Positions 26,367 to 36,649 of a stretch of DNA of 64,000 bases are shown here, one piece after another. A model generated the notes under the pieces. That model ran no database searches and was not told the DNA's origin. It saw only the letters and a list, made by a program, of their open reading frames with translations. Position numbers and translations under genes: made by a program. How positions within the stretch are numbered: position 1 is the stretch's first letter; each line of letters opens with the position of its first letter. The stretch comes from a virus (taxonomy: Duplodnaviria > Caudoviricetes). The stretch spans positions 1 to 64,000 of the IMG/VR virus record IMGVR_UViG_3300028833_000073; one strand, 5' to 3'.

Positions 26367-27511
26367 TACCAGTAAGTACATTCTTCGGATGGCTAAATTA
26401 TATGAAGTTTGATGAGATGGCTGGCTTAACGTCAGCCATTTTCTCTAACTCAGATATGGCCAATGAAGAAGAAGTCAATGTATATATAGATCTTGGTAGT
26501 ATGTGTGATAAGCTATACAACCAAGTAGTAGATAAGAGTACTGATCCTACTGAGTTATCTGCTGTAGTAATCAATCTAGCAGGTCACATAAGATCGTACT
26601 TTAGATCTGTACATTCAGTGAGAGCAACTATATTTTTTGTATATAGTCCTAATGATTGGGTATTACTAAGACAACTATATGAAGGATGGAATGACTTCTA
26701 TAGAGACAGAAGAAATAAGTTTCCTTATCTATACAAGTATATAGCCGATAGTATGAATATCGTTAAGATGGTATCTGATTACCTACCTAAGGTATACTTC
26801 ATATCAAGTGAAGTCGAAACAAGTGGTATGATACTCGCTACTATACAAAAAGAAAGAGAGAGTGGCAATAACCACCCCAATATAATCTTCACTAAAGAAG
26901 TCAACCTAGTACAGATACCTGTCTATGATACTAGAAGCTTTATCTACTTTAAGAACAATCTTAAAGGAGGTTCTGTATCCATAGCTATAACAAGGGATAA
27001 TGCATTCAAGTCTTATATCAAATTTACCAAGAGATATAATCCAGCTTATGATTATCCTGATGGTATAGTATATGTAGATCCAGTCAAAGGTTTCATCACT
27101 GTACCTAATAGAGTTAAGACTATAGGAGCTATGATCAATGAATTCAATCCTGATGCTATTGATCTATTCATAGCTCTTACTAATCTTCCTAGTAGAGATC
27201 TTAAACATTTGATCTCATGGACTGAAGCTCTAAAGAGTATAAACGAAATACAGAATGACATATTTGTAATAAATGATCCTGTTGAGGTATACAATAGGGT
27301 TGATTACAGATGTAAGATATTTAAGAAATGTTCCCTTACTCAGTTTATCCATAGATATCAATGTGTATCTGTAAGACATCTAGCGGAGATGTATAAGGAA
27401 ACACCAGAGTATCAGATAGATTACCATATAGATCTTACCAATAGTGATGAGCTTAAGTATCTTAATGATCATTACTTTGTGAAGAACTATATTGAGCTTA
27501 ACAAGTTTTAA
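26363..27511 (+). CDS. Possible 5'-3' exonuclease / FEN-PIN-fold protein (divergent)
   Basis: VYIDLGS, IFFVYS, Y..R, EVETSG and IIFTKE occur in the order of FEN/RNase H acidic motifs, several substituted. Confidence 0.45.
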   Translation: MIPVSTFFGWLNYMKFDEMAGLTSAIFSNSDMANEEEVNVYIDLGSMCDKLYNQVVDKSTDPTELSAVVINLAGHIRSYFRSVHSVRATIFFVYSPNDWVLLRQLYEGWNDFYRDRRNKFPYLYKYIADSMNIVKMVSDYLPKVYFISSEVETSGMILATIQKERESGNNHPNIIFTKEVNLVQIPVYDTRSFIYFKNNLKGGSVSIAITRDNAFKSYIKFTKRYNPAYDYPDGIVYVDPVKGFITVPNRVKTIGAMINEFNPDAIDLFIALTNLPSRDLKHLISWTEALKSINEIQNDIFVINDPVEVYNRVDYRCKIFKKCSLTQFIHRYQCVSVRHLAEMYKETPEYQIDYHIDLTNSDELKYLNDHYFVKNYIELNKF

Positions 27512-27553
27512 AGCAAGCTTTGTCTTGCTTTTCTTTTTTGGAGGTTTTGAGAT

Positions 27554-29815
27554 ATGGGAGTATTCAAATATAGTATCAAGATGGACTATACGGATGATAC
27601 TACAGACGAACCAATACATATCATGTCAGAGAATATTATGGGTGTTCTTATAGACTATAACTTTGATGCTGAATCTATACAACCTATAACTATGGTTAAG
27701 GCTGAACTAGATAGGAACCTAATAGACCAGATGGTAAGTCATAAATCAGAAGGAAGAATTCAGTTGATGATAAATAAGATAGATGTATCTTCAGAACCTG
27801 GAGTAGAGACTCCATATATCAATGCTAAATGTACATATGAGTTTGCAGATGATAAGATGTCTGATAAGACTACTCTATACGGTAGTGATCTTGGAAGAGA
27901 AGATCCTCAAGATATGTATATACAATCTACTATAGGACTAATGAGTGAAGATATAGTAAATTGGAATGTAGTTAGTAATGATTTAGTTATAAGAGAAACT
28001 AATATGATGGGTGCTGTATGTTACTTCACTAAGCATATACCTATAGTAATCCAACCATTTGATCATAATAAAGAAATTGATCAGTTAGTTATACAACCAG
28101 TAGAGAGTATAAAAGAGTTATTAAGATTCTTATGTGATGTAGGTACTTTCTATGATAGTCAGGTTAGATTCTTTTATGACTTTGATTGTGCTTATCTTGT
28201 TGATAGTAGTGGTAGACCAACTCCTAGAGATGATGAGAAGTACAATACAGTTGTTCTTAAAGCTGTCAACCCTGATACTGATACAGGAGTTTTTGAACAA
28301 GGCATTTATGAATTGGAAGAAGAGCAATGTTATAAGATGAACTTCCAGACTGAAGATAATCAGTATAAAGAGGATAACTATCAAGACAAGTTATTCAATA
28401 ATATCATTGGTGTAGTAGATCCTAGTAGAGAAGGAAGCAATGTATCTCTTGTAGACGATATCATGAGTCAAGCTATATCTGCTATTGATAGTATTACACA
28501 GACCATACATGATGTGTGTCATAATATATGTGATGGTATCAATAACGCTATAGAAGGTAAGCATAGACTTAATCATGAAACAATGAGGACATCTGGAGAG
28601 AGTGATAACTATAAGTCTAATTCAAAGTCAGCTAAAGGTGTTTGTAATAGCATCATAGATCAATTTGGTTTAGAGCAGTATGCTCCTGGAATTAAAGAGA
28701 AGGTAAATACTTTTGATCTAGTACCTAGTGAAGTAGAAAGTTATATGAGTACTACTAAAAGTGGAAGAGATGCTTTCCGTGAGATGAGTAATACAAGTAC
28801 TGATGCTGGTTACAATGTAACTACAACTATTGATACCAATATCCAAGGAATAAAGCCTGGTAATATTAAGGACAATGTAGCTCCTATGAAGAAGCAAGTA
28901 CCTCCTAATGAGAAGAACAATGCAACGGTAAATAAATTATCTATTAAGGCTAATAAAGATATGACTAAGAGTATGGGCGAGATGAATACATCTACATCTA
29001 GAAGTATACGCAACATAGATGATACATTGAAGGCTTTAGATCAAGTACCTATAGCTGAAAAGCCTGGAGATCCTGGATTTCCTGCAGAGCAGATAGCACA
29101 AGCTAAAGCTAAACTAGAAGAAGAGAAACAAAAGATTACTGAGAATAAGGGCAATATGAGTAGCTCTTATAGCGCTATGACTAATCATACTGGAAGGGGA
29201 GTTAATTATGGTAGAGATCTGGTCAGTACTCAATCTCAAGAGACTCCTCAAATAAATATACTAGATGGATTACAAGGAAAGCTTAATGAAGTTAGTAGTA
29301 AATTTGAAAATGTAATGACTAGCCTAGATGAAGTTACTAGAGAGGGAGCTAATAATATTAAAGGTGCTATGCAATCTATGAGTGCTTTTGCTGATCTTGG
29401 TATTGGTAGTTTAGCTGACTTAGCTAATATTGCTGGTATAGCTGATCTTAGTTCTATAGGTAAGCTAGGTATTACTGCTATACCTGATGTTAAGCTAGAT
29501 ATTCCTGGTAGTGGTGAACCTAAGAGAAGTAGATATATGGGAACTACTAATGATGATCCTAACAAAGTTAAGACTATACAACATAGTGTTAGTCTTAATG
29601 CTAGAACTATCACTATAACTAAAGACAATGTAGACAATAGTATCTTCACTATCAACAAGGAATATTTAGTCAAACAAAGTCAGAGTAAGGATGACAAAGG
29701 AGGTTTACATCTCATTAAGAGAAAGCAAGAGGTATATGTACGAGAAGGAGATATCTTCTATTCTAACATAATTCTTGACTTTTGTAAATGTCCTGATATG
29801 AACTTTGATGAATAA
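27554..29815 (+). CDS. Probable virion (baseplate-hub-like) protein with central helical insertion
   Basis: 753 aa; beta-rich N- and C-terminal parts around a low-complexity helical middle. Functional call is weak. Confidence 0.45.
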   Translation: MGVFKYSIKMDYTDDTTDEPIHIMSENIMGVLIDYNFDAESIQPITMVKAELDRNLIDQMVSHKSEGRIQLMINKIDVSSEPGVETPYINAKCTYEFADDKMSDKTTLYGSDLGREDPQDMYIQSTIGLMSEDIVNWNVVSNDLVIRETNMMGAVCYFTKHIPIVIQPFDHNKEIDQLVIQPVESIKELLRFLCDVGTFYDSQVRFFYDFDCAYLVDSSGRPTPRDDEKYNTVVLKAVNPDTDTGVFEQGIYELEEEQCYKMNFQTEDNQYKEDNYQDKLFNNIIGVVDPSREGSNVSLVDDIMSQAISAIDSITQTIHDVCHNICDGINNAIEGKHRLNHETMRTSGESDNYKSNSKSAKGVCNSIIDQFGLEQYAPGIKEKVNTFDLVPSEVESYMSTTKSGRDAFREMSNTSTDAGYNVTTTIDTNIQGIKPGNIKDNVAPMKKQVPPNEKNNATVNKLSIKANKDMTKSMGEMNTSTSRSIRNIDDTLKALDQVPIAEKPGDPGFPAEQIAQAKAKLEEEKQKITENKGNMSSSYSAMTNHTGRGVNYGRDLVSTQSQETPQINILDGLQGKLNEVSSKFENVMTSLDEVTREGANNIKGAMQSMSAFADLGIGSLADLANIAGIADLSSIGKLGITAIPDVKLDIPGSGEPKRSRYMGTTNDDPNKVKTIQHSVSLNARTITITKDNVDNSIFTINKEYLVKQSQSKDDKGGLHLIKRKQEVYVREGDIFYSNIILDFCKCPDMNFDE

Positions 29816-29818
29816 ATA

Positions 29819-29843
29819 AGAGGGTACCATTATGGTACCCTCT
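29819..29843. terminator. Bidirectional terminator, GTAC family
   Basis: AGAGGGTACCA-TTA-TGGTACCCTCT between convergent genes. Confidence 0.75.
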
Positions 29844-29850
29844 ATCTATA

Positions 29851-32358
29851 TTATTGTTGTCCCTGAGCAGGTTGATTGTTCTTATTCTGTTGATCAAGAG
29901 CATTCTGTAATTGGTCAGCATATTGGTTAATATCTGCCTCTGATTGAAATGCTCTTGCATTATTAACAGATGCACTAGCAGATTGAAGTTCAGCATTGAT
30001 CTGAGTATTTTTCTGTTCAGGAGTAAGTCCTGCATTACTTCTTATTGTCTCAATTCTATGTGCTCGTCCTCTGAGATCAGAAATCATTTCAGTAGTAGGC
30101 TTAGCCATATTAGGATCAGATACATTATTAGTGGTGGCAGATTGTGCAGCGGTATCAGGAGACTCTTTATCACCTAGATAGCTCTGTACATGTCTCTTAA
30201 TAACTGCCATATAGTCTTTTTGAATAGTCTGTGCAGCCTGAAGCATTCCTGCAAACACAGTTGATGCGGTGGATGTATACATATTAACCTTCGTGACAAG
30301 ATTTTTAGCATCATCCTTCATATCTTCCGCACTTACAGAATGTGTAACATTTCCTTCTTTATCAACATTACTAACTCCTTGATGTTGAGTAACATTACCA
30401 GCTCCAGTAGCATTACCGAATGCACTAGCATTAGGACTAAAGCTAGATTTAGAAGTATTTGTTCCTCCAGAACCAGAACCACTTCCAAATGTAACTTTTT
30501 CATGTAGACTAGCAGCTTCTTCAATAGGATATCCTAGACATGTTATAATAGCACTAGCAGTAGTTATTTGTGTAATCTTTATTATTTCCTTTCCAGCGTA
30601 TTTGTTTATATCATTAGCAAGACTTTCTTTTTTACCTTCTTCAGCAGCATCCTTAGGATTAGTTAATTTATTATATTCTGCTATAGCATCCTTAAGTTTT
30701 TGGTCATTGGCTGGATTTGCTGCTGTAGCTCCATTTGCATTTCCTTGGAAATTTTTAGTTGGTCTAAATGCACTAGGAGGAGTGGTTCCTTTTGCTTTAG
30801 CAGTTCCAGCATCTATCTCACTCTGAGTAGCATTGCCTTGTCCTACATGTTGATCTTTAGTATGTTGAATTCCAGCTTTATCCATTTCCTTGGCCATTGC
30901 AATAAAGCTATCTCCAGCCTTCTGCATGATACCATAGTTCTTATTTAAGGTAGAATGAATCTTTTGATAATTATAGCAATAGTTAAAGAGATCAGTCATA
31001 TTAACATTAGCTTCAGTTAATTGCATCCTATTTTCTTTACCATCACGAGATCCCTTAAAATAGTTTTTACAGAAATCAGAGAATTCAATACTACCATTAT
31101 ACTCTGAGAAAAACTTCTTTTGAACAAGCTTAAGATTTTCCGCATTATTCTCAGCAGGATAGCCTTCAATATCTCTTGGATTGGGTGTATTGATAGTATA
31201 GGTGCTTAGCCTATTGATTCCTACCTTATAATCACCATCCAACTCAACACTATCAAGCTGGAATTTTTTATTGAGAATAATATCCTTGTATTTGTCTAGA
31301 TAATTCTTATCACTATTGATTGTTCTGGATAAGAACTCTGTGAACTTAGCCCACATCTTTCCTAAGAAATTCTTAAACTTAGTCCAAGCATCAGAGATAC
31401 TATCAGTAACTCCTTCTTGGATACTCATTAACTGACCAAGCTTACTAGCATAATCAGACTCTTCATCTACAATGATAGTGGCTTCATGTACCATTAAACT
31501 TAGCTTATGTTGGACTTCAGCCTTATTAGCTAGATACTGTCTATATGCATTCTCTTGCATATAGTCATATTCACCATCACAGCTATTAAAAGCCCAATCA
31601 GTCTCTTCTCTATCTTTAGCTACATATAGATTACCCTCTGTAATACCAGTAAGATCAAAATGATATCCAGGAACTTTGAAGTGCTCATTGAGGTTATTGA
31701 GATAATAGCAAGCATCAGCTACATACTGATCTGTAGTTGCTTTATCCCAATTCTCACTAGCTTCATAGACTCCTAAGAGACATTTACCATTATCCCATCT
31801 ATCTTCAATATAGTTTACACTTCGTCCAAAGGCTGTCCTCGGAGCTACATCTTCTATCAAAGCCCTAGCCTTTCTAAGTGCAACCATATCTTGAGTTGTC
31901 ATTGGCATAATTGTACCACCTTCTTCAAATCGTTTTGCATGTTTCTTTGTTTCTGCAAAAACTTCTACCATACATTCACCACTATAATCAGAAGTATACC
32001 AATTGGAGTATAACCAATTAAACTTCTTAGAACTTTTTTTCAGATCATCTAACATTTGATATACTGCCGCATCAGCTCCATATTGTTCTCCATCTGGAGA
32101 GGTATATGCAGCTTCATATTGATCCCACACAATACGAGCAACAAACTGATTGTTTGCCTTTAAAAATGATGGAACCTTAACTCGATAAAAATCCTTTTCT
32201 AGTTCACCAACTTTGCCTAATTTCCATTTATTAAAAAACTTTGTTAGCTCATTGTATGCTTCTTTTCTTTCCTTGTCTCCAAAATTCTTATCATTCATTA
32301 ATCCTATTTTTCGTCCTAATCGTTCAAAATAACTAGCCCTATCAATTTTTTCAGGCAT
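29851..32358 (-). CDS. Internal-head paralog family member with extra N-terminal modules
   Basis: IQE-GVTDSISDAWTKFKNFLGKMWAKF..DKNYLDKYKDII family signature after ~310 aa of unrelated sequence. Confidence 0.7.
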   Translation of the reverse strand: MPEKIDRASYFERLGRKIGLMNDKNFGDKERKEAYNELTKFFNKWKLGKVGELEKDFYRVKVPSFLKANNQFVARIVWDQYEAAYTSPDGEQYGADAAVYQMLDDLKKSSKKFNWLYSNWYTSDYSGECMVEVFAETKKHAKRFEEGGTIMPMTTQDMVALRKARALIEDVAPRTAFGRSVNYIEDRWDNGKCLLGVYEASENWDKATTDQYVADACYYLNNLNEHFKVPGYHFDLTGITEGNLYVAKDREETDWAFNSCDGEYDYMQENAYRQYLANKAEVQHKLSLMVHEATIIVDEESDYASKLGQLMSIQEGVTDSISDAWTKFKNFLGKMWAKFTEFLSRTINSDKNYLDKYKDIILNKKFQLDSVELDGDYKVGINRLSTYTINTPNPRDIEGYPAENNAENLKLVQKKFFSEYNGSIEFSDFCKNYFKGSRDGKENRMQLTEANVNMTDLFNYCYNYQKIHSTLNKNYGIMQKAGDSFIAMAKEMDKAGIQHTKDQHVGQGNATQSEIDAGTAKAKGTTPPSAFRPTKNFQGNANGATAANPANDQKLKDAIAEYNKLTNPKDAAEEGKKESLANDINKYAGKEIIKITQITTASAIITCLGYPIEEAASLHEKVTFGSGSGSGGTNTSKSSFSPNASAFGNATGAGNVTQHQGVSNVDKEGNVTHSVSAEDMKDDAKNLVTKVNMYTSTASTVFAGMLQAAQTIQKDYMAVIKRHVQSYLGDKESPDTAAQSATTNNVSDPNMAKPTTEMISDLRGRAHRIETIRSNAGLTPEQKNTQINAELQSASASVNNARAFQSEADINQYADQLQNALDQQNKNNQPAQGQQ

Positions 32359-32375
32359 AGTTATCATCACCGTCC

Positions 32376-32492
32376 TTATTTGAATAAATACAAGAGAATC
32401 TCAAATTCTATAAGCACTAATCCAGCAGATACACTCTCTACTGGAATAATTGCTTTTAGAAATAAGATACAGTCATTTTTAGAGAACTTCAT
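32376..32492 (-). CDS. Small hydrophobic protein (38 aa)
   Basis: SD GAGG; MKFSKNDCILFLKAIIPVESVSAGLVLIEFEILLYLFK fills the intergenic gap. Confidence 0.4.
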   Translation of the reverse strand: MKFSKNDCILFLKAIIPVESVSAGLVLIEFEILLYLFK

Positions 32493-32497
32493 AAATC

Positions 32498-33679
32498 TTA
32501 GTCCTCTCTAACACCAGTCTTGATATTACCAAGAATTCTATATAGAGCCTTATATAGAATGGTCTTATCCTGGTTAAATCTATCTTTATATGCATCAAGT
32601 CTAGCGCTGAAAGCAATAGTATGAATAGAAGCAACTTCATTGATCTCATTAGATCTTGCCTTCATATAGTACTCATACTTTCTTGCAGCAGAATCTGACC
32701 CTACATCATATTCTTTATCTTTAACCTTAAACTTACCTTCTTTATCAAGGTTTACAATCTTAGATACTTCCTTAGCAATATCATCATATGCCTTCTCGGC
32801 TTCTTTCTTTCTCTTCTCTAGATCCTTCTTAATACTGTCATAAGTATTGAAACGGGTATAAGCTTCTGTAATATCAGTAGCTTCAAACTCATAGTCTTCT
32901 TTACTAGATTGACCATCTCTGAAAACTTCAAAGAGATCCTTAGAATAATCAGAAGCATCAACTCTAGTATTATCAGTTCTTCCTAGCATATATCCTCTTA
33001 TCTTATCATAGTAATCATCACTTTCTAATGCATTCATATAGTCTTGATATGCTTTATCAATATCAAATCCACTTTCTCCATGCTTCTTAAAGCCTTCATC
33101 AGTATTACCAGTAGCAGGTTTAGTTGTAAATGCAGTATTAAGCTTATTATCCATGATATTAGATAAACCAGTACTTGCACTGATACTAAGCCTACCTGTA
33201 TTACTTGCCACACTATAAATAGCATTCATTGGAGGTACATTTGCACCAGCACCATCATCTATAGTAAACTTAAATACGTTCATATGGAACTTATGGTTCT
33301 CATTAAACTTATTGAAATCCTTCTTATGATCTTTAAGATACTTCTCTCTCTTGATTAGCATATTAATACCTACTAAGAACTTATTCAAAAGAGCTTTAAG
33401 AAAGTCCACTACTTTCTTAATAATCTTCTTAAAGGTATCCATCCAGTCAGAGAAAGATTCAGTAATGAGCATATCATTACCTTCACTCTCACATAAAGCA
33501 CCATAGAAAACTCTATTAGCTTCTAGCATCTCATTGTCTAGATTAGTAAGAAACTCTAGAGCTTCATTCACATATGAGTGATCATGTCTATCTGAGTTAA
33601 TGAAAGACTCATTCAAAGAAATAGCACCTTCTGTTACTACATTGGATGTAGAAGGTGCTAACCTATTAAGATCAAACAT
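32498..33679 (-). CDS. Internal-head paralog family protein
   Basis: ITE-SFSDWMDTFKKIIKKVVDFLKALL; LFEVFRDG. Confidence 0.7.
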   Translation of the reverse strand: MFDLNRLAPSTSNVVTEGAISLNESFINSDRHDHSYVNEALEFLTNLDNEMLEANRVFYGALCESEGNDMLITESFSDWMDTFKKIIKKVVDFLKALLNKFLVGINMLIKREKYLKDHKKDFNKFNENHKFHMNVFKFTIDDGAGANVPPMNAIYSVASNTGRLSISASTGLSNIMDNKLNTAFTTKPATGNTDEGFKKHGESGFDIDKAYQDYMNALESDDYYDKIRGYMLGRTDNTRVDASDYSKDLFEVFRDGQSSKEDYEFEATDITEAYTRFNTYDSIKKDLEKRKKEAEKAYDDIAKEVSKIVNLDKEGKFKVKDKEYDVGSDSAARKYEYYMKARSNEINEVASIHTIAFSARLDAYKDRFNQDKTILYKALYRILGNIKTGVRED

Positions 33680-33695
33680 ATCTTAATCCCTCCAT

Positions 33696-34790
33696 TTATT
33701 TCGGTTCATATTTGTAGTTAGCAATCTTAGCTATGAGAGCTTTATTCTGCTTAGACCTTTCTCTAAGAGCACCTAAAGCTGCACCATTGATTGCTAAGAG
33801 TAATGATTTAGATCTATGTGTCCAAGTAAGAAGGTAATTAACCGTAGACATACGATGACTATGTGCATCCTTACCTTTCTTATCTTTACTTCCAACTTTC
33901 AAAGAGTCTTTATCAATATCTTCTCTTGTCTTATTGTAAAGACTCTTCTGATTATATTCAAGCTGCTTAGAGGCATCATCAATGATTCTCTTAGCAGCTC
34001 TATACATCTCTTGTACTTTCTTTCTAGTGTCTCTAGATGTTTGCATCTCGGTACCAATAGTACCTACATTGATCTTACTATTATCCAATGTAGTTTTATC
34101 TTCTTCTCCATTTCTAAAAGCCTTATATAGATCTTTAATGAAATCTGATTGTGATAATTTAGATGCTTGTACCTTAGGGTTGATAGTATGGACTATGTTT
34201 CCTCTAAGGGTTTCAATAGTTGTTTCCATATCAACCTGAGCTTTACTAGGATCTTGGGTATTCTTGATATGAGTTTCAACCTTACTATCATCAAGATTAT
34301 CCATATCCTTATTACTTCCACCAGGCATATTATTACATAACTGCATAGCAGTTTCAATATTCTTAGTTTCTATAGTAAAGACAAATCCATCAAACTCAAA
34401 GTCCGTTAGATTCTTACCAAATACTTCCTTCTTATACTTCTCTAAGAAGGCTCTATCACTCTTAGTCTGTTTATCAATAAACATCATAAACGACTTAAAT
34501 AGAGAGGATAACTTCTCCCAGATTCTATATAAGAACTTCTTAACGGCAAGAATGAATCCTTGTACACTAGCTTCATTATACACTATATCTTCTTTATATT
34601 CTTCCAAATGAGATAATTCATTAACGTATATCTCTTTTTGTATCATATTGTAGTTCTCTGTCATATCAATGACAGCATCAAGTGCTCCCTCTAGATAATC
34701 TTCTCCTAGATACCAAGGAGATCTATCATATACTAAAGACTCTAATGTTAATTCACCTGTTAGAGTCTGATCGTTTTTGAAGATACCCAT
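33696..34790 (-). CDS. Internal-head paralog family protein
   Basis: MGIF start; YNE-A..VKKFLYRIWEKL; DRAFLEKYKKEV; LYKAFRNG. Confidence 0.75.
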   Translation of the reverse strand: MGIFKNDQTLTGELTLESLVYDRSPWYLGEDYLEGALDAVIDMTENYNMIQKEIYVNELSHLEEYKEDIVYNEASVQGFILAVKKFLYRIWEKLSSLFKSFMMFIDKQTKSDRAFLEKYKKEVFGKNLTDFEFDGFVFTIETKNIETAMQLCNNMPGGSNKDMDNLDDSKVETHIKNTQDPSKAQVDMETTIETLRGNIVHTINPKVQASKLSQSDFIKDLYKAFRNGEEDKTTLDNSKINVGTIGTEMQTSRDTRKKVQEMYRAAKRIIDDASKQLEYNQKSLYNKTREDIDKDSLKVGSKDKKGKDAHSHRMSTVNYLLTWTHRSKSLLLAINGAALGALRERSKQNKALIAKIANYKYEPK

Positions 34791-34837
34791 ATAGGGAATC
34801 CTCCTTTCTTAAGACCCTTAATAAGCCTTTATAGTCA

Positions 34838-34850
34838 TTATCTCTATGTT
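34838..34850 (-). promoter_or_regulatory. Putative late promoter AACA-N6-TAA
   Basis: AACA-TAGAGA-TAA; the same 13-mer occurs at 37937-37949. Matches the AR9 late consensus AACA-N6-TA. Confidence 0.6.
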
Positions 34851-34909
34851 TGAGGTACACAAAATATACCCCCTAGGTTTCCCTAGGGGTTTATATATGA
34901 ATGATTGTA

Positions 34910-35176
34910 TTAGGCTTTAACTACCCAGTCATTAGCAAGCATATCTGCCTGAGATGCCAACCAACCAAGCTGTACACCAGAAGTTCCTACGAAAGCAACT
35001 GCCTGGTTACCAATAGCATCATGATTGGCATTGACCACTTCACCTTTAGCATTCTTGTAGCTGATATTGGTAGCAAGCTCAATATACTGATTCTTGCCAT
35101 TCCAACCTTCTCGTGCTACTTGTTTTCCTTCCTTCATAGCGATGATAGCTTCACCAAAATTCATTCTTTCTTGCAT
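34910..35176 (-). CDS. tad2: DUF2829 / Tad2-family anti-defence (nucleotide-signal sponge) protein
   Basis: MNFGEAI.AMK.GK.VAR.GWNGK ... W.ASQ.DMLA.DW; 88 aa; SD GGAGG. Confidence 0.8.
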   Translation of the reverse strand: MQERMNFGEAIIAMKEGKQVAREGWNGKNQYIELATNISYKNAKGEVVNANHDAIGNQAVAFVGTSGVQLGWLASQADMLANDWVVKA

Positions 35177-35290
35177 TTGTAATTCCTCCATTCTATTATT
35201 AAGAAACAATACATTTATATGTATATAGACAAATTAAAAATAAATTCTCCCTAGGTCGCCCTAGGGAGAAATATATTAGATATGAAAGGA

Positions 35291-36487
35291 TTAATAGTCA
35301 GCTTCCCATACAGCAAGCTCAGCCATTGCCTCTTCCATAATCGCAGACTCTTCCTTACGCTTATAAGCAACTGCCTTAGCAAAAATACTACGATTCTGCT
35401 TATTGTTGAAGTCATAGATCTTAAGAGAAACTTGAGTTGCCTTAAGAACTGCAGACTGCACAATATTAGCAGTACGAGAAAGCATACCTAAAGCTCTCTG
35501 ATGTTTACTAATATTTTCAGAACGAGCATTTTTAGATTTATTATCAGTTCCAGCGGCACCCCATGAAGTACTAGCTGTTGAATATACTTTTGCTTTACCT
35601 TTTTCACTCATATCTGTATCATAGGCTACAGCAGTATGAGATCCTTCATCATTATCATTATCTTTAACTGGAGAATTCTTAAAATTATTATTAGAAGCTT
35701 TTTCAAGATCCTTAATAATCTGATTCATGTCTTTGTTAAGATTATCATATTGCTTCTTAATAGCTTTACGAGTATCCTTAAAGCCCATCATTTCAGTCAT
35801 AATATCATTTATATTTACGCTATCAGTGGTTTCATCTTCAAAAGCCTTATCAAAAGCTTCTTTTTCAAACTCTTTTTCACTTACACTAGATTCACCAATG
35901 AAAGAACCAAGAAGCTTTTCTTTTACATCTTCACCGTCAAACTTTTCATCTTCTTTGCTAATATCTTTATTGTTAATAATATCATAAGTAGAAATATGGC
36001 CGCCTGCCTTTTGGACTTTTACAGAAAGATTATCAAAACTGATAACTTCAAGAGTCTTCTTCTTACGATGAGAAGGCTCAAAATCAGTTAGATCCTTACC
36101 AATGATATCTTTCTTGTACTTATTAATGAATTCCTTGTTATTCTTACCAAACTTAGCTTCAAGACGAGCCATAAAGCCATTGAAAATAGCCTTAATCTTA
36201 GCCCAAAGCTTCTTGAAGAACTCTTTGATCTTATTGAACATATCTCCAATAGCACTCTCAGAGAAGTTCATAACTTCATTCTCATTAACACCTTCATTAA
36301 CCATTAAGCAAGCCTGCATATCTGTCTTAACTCCAGCTTCTACTAGAGCCATTTCATTCTGTAGGCCTACAATCTGTGCAATCTGGGCAGAGTATACACC
36401 ATCATCATAGCCTTCGGCCTCTTGAATATTAAGAGGGGCACTATACCCATTCATAGTATCCATAATCTGATTGGAAAAGATACCCAT
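35291..36487 (-). CDS. Internal-head paralog family protein
   Basis: MGIFS; FSE-S..IKEFFKKLWAKIKAIF; NKEFINKYKKDI; C-terminal KEE-S. Confidence 0.75.
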   Translation of the reverse strand: MGIFSNQIMDTMNGYSAPLNIQEAEGYDDGVYSAQIAQIVGLQNEMALVEAGVKTDMQACLMVNEGVNENEVMNFSESAIGDMFNKIKEFFKKLWAKIKAIFNGFMARLEAKFGKNNKEFINKYKKDIIGKDLTDFEPSHRKKKTLEVISFDNLSVKVQKAGGHISTYDIINNKDISKEDEKFDGEDVKEKLLGSFIGESSVSEKEFEKEAFDKAFEDETTDSVNINDIMTEMMGFKDTRKAIKKQYDNLNKDMNQIIKDLEKASNNNFKNSPVKDNDNDEGSHTAVAYDTDMSEKGKAKVYSTASTSWGAAGTDNKSKNARSENISKHQRALGMLSRTANIVQSAVLKATQVSLKIYDFNNKQNRSIFAKAVAYKRKEESAIMEEAMAELAVWEADY

Positions 36488-36551
36488 TATTTTTCACTCC
36501 ATTCATGATATTTTATCAACCCTAATAACAGGTTTATAGTTAGTGACATCA

Positions 36552-36564
36552 TTATCTTGATGTT
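36552..36564 (-). promoter_or_regulatory. Putative late promoter AACA-N6-TAA
   Basis: AACA-TCAAGA-TAA upstream of 35291..36487. Confidence 0.6.
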
Positions 36565-36649
36565 TAGAGATGTAAAGAACGATGAGTAGTAAATACTCCT
36601 TAATGACGATAAAAGAGACTATCCCATATTAGGGATAGTCTCTGATATA

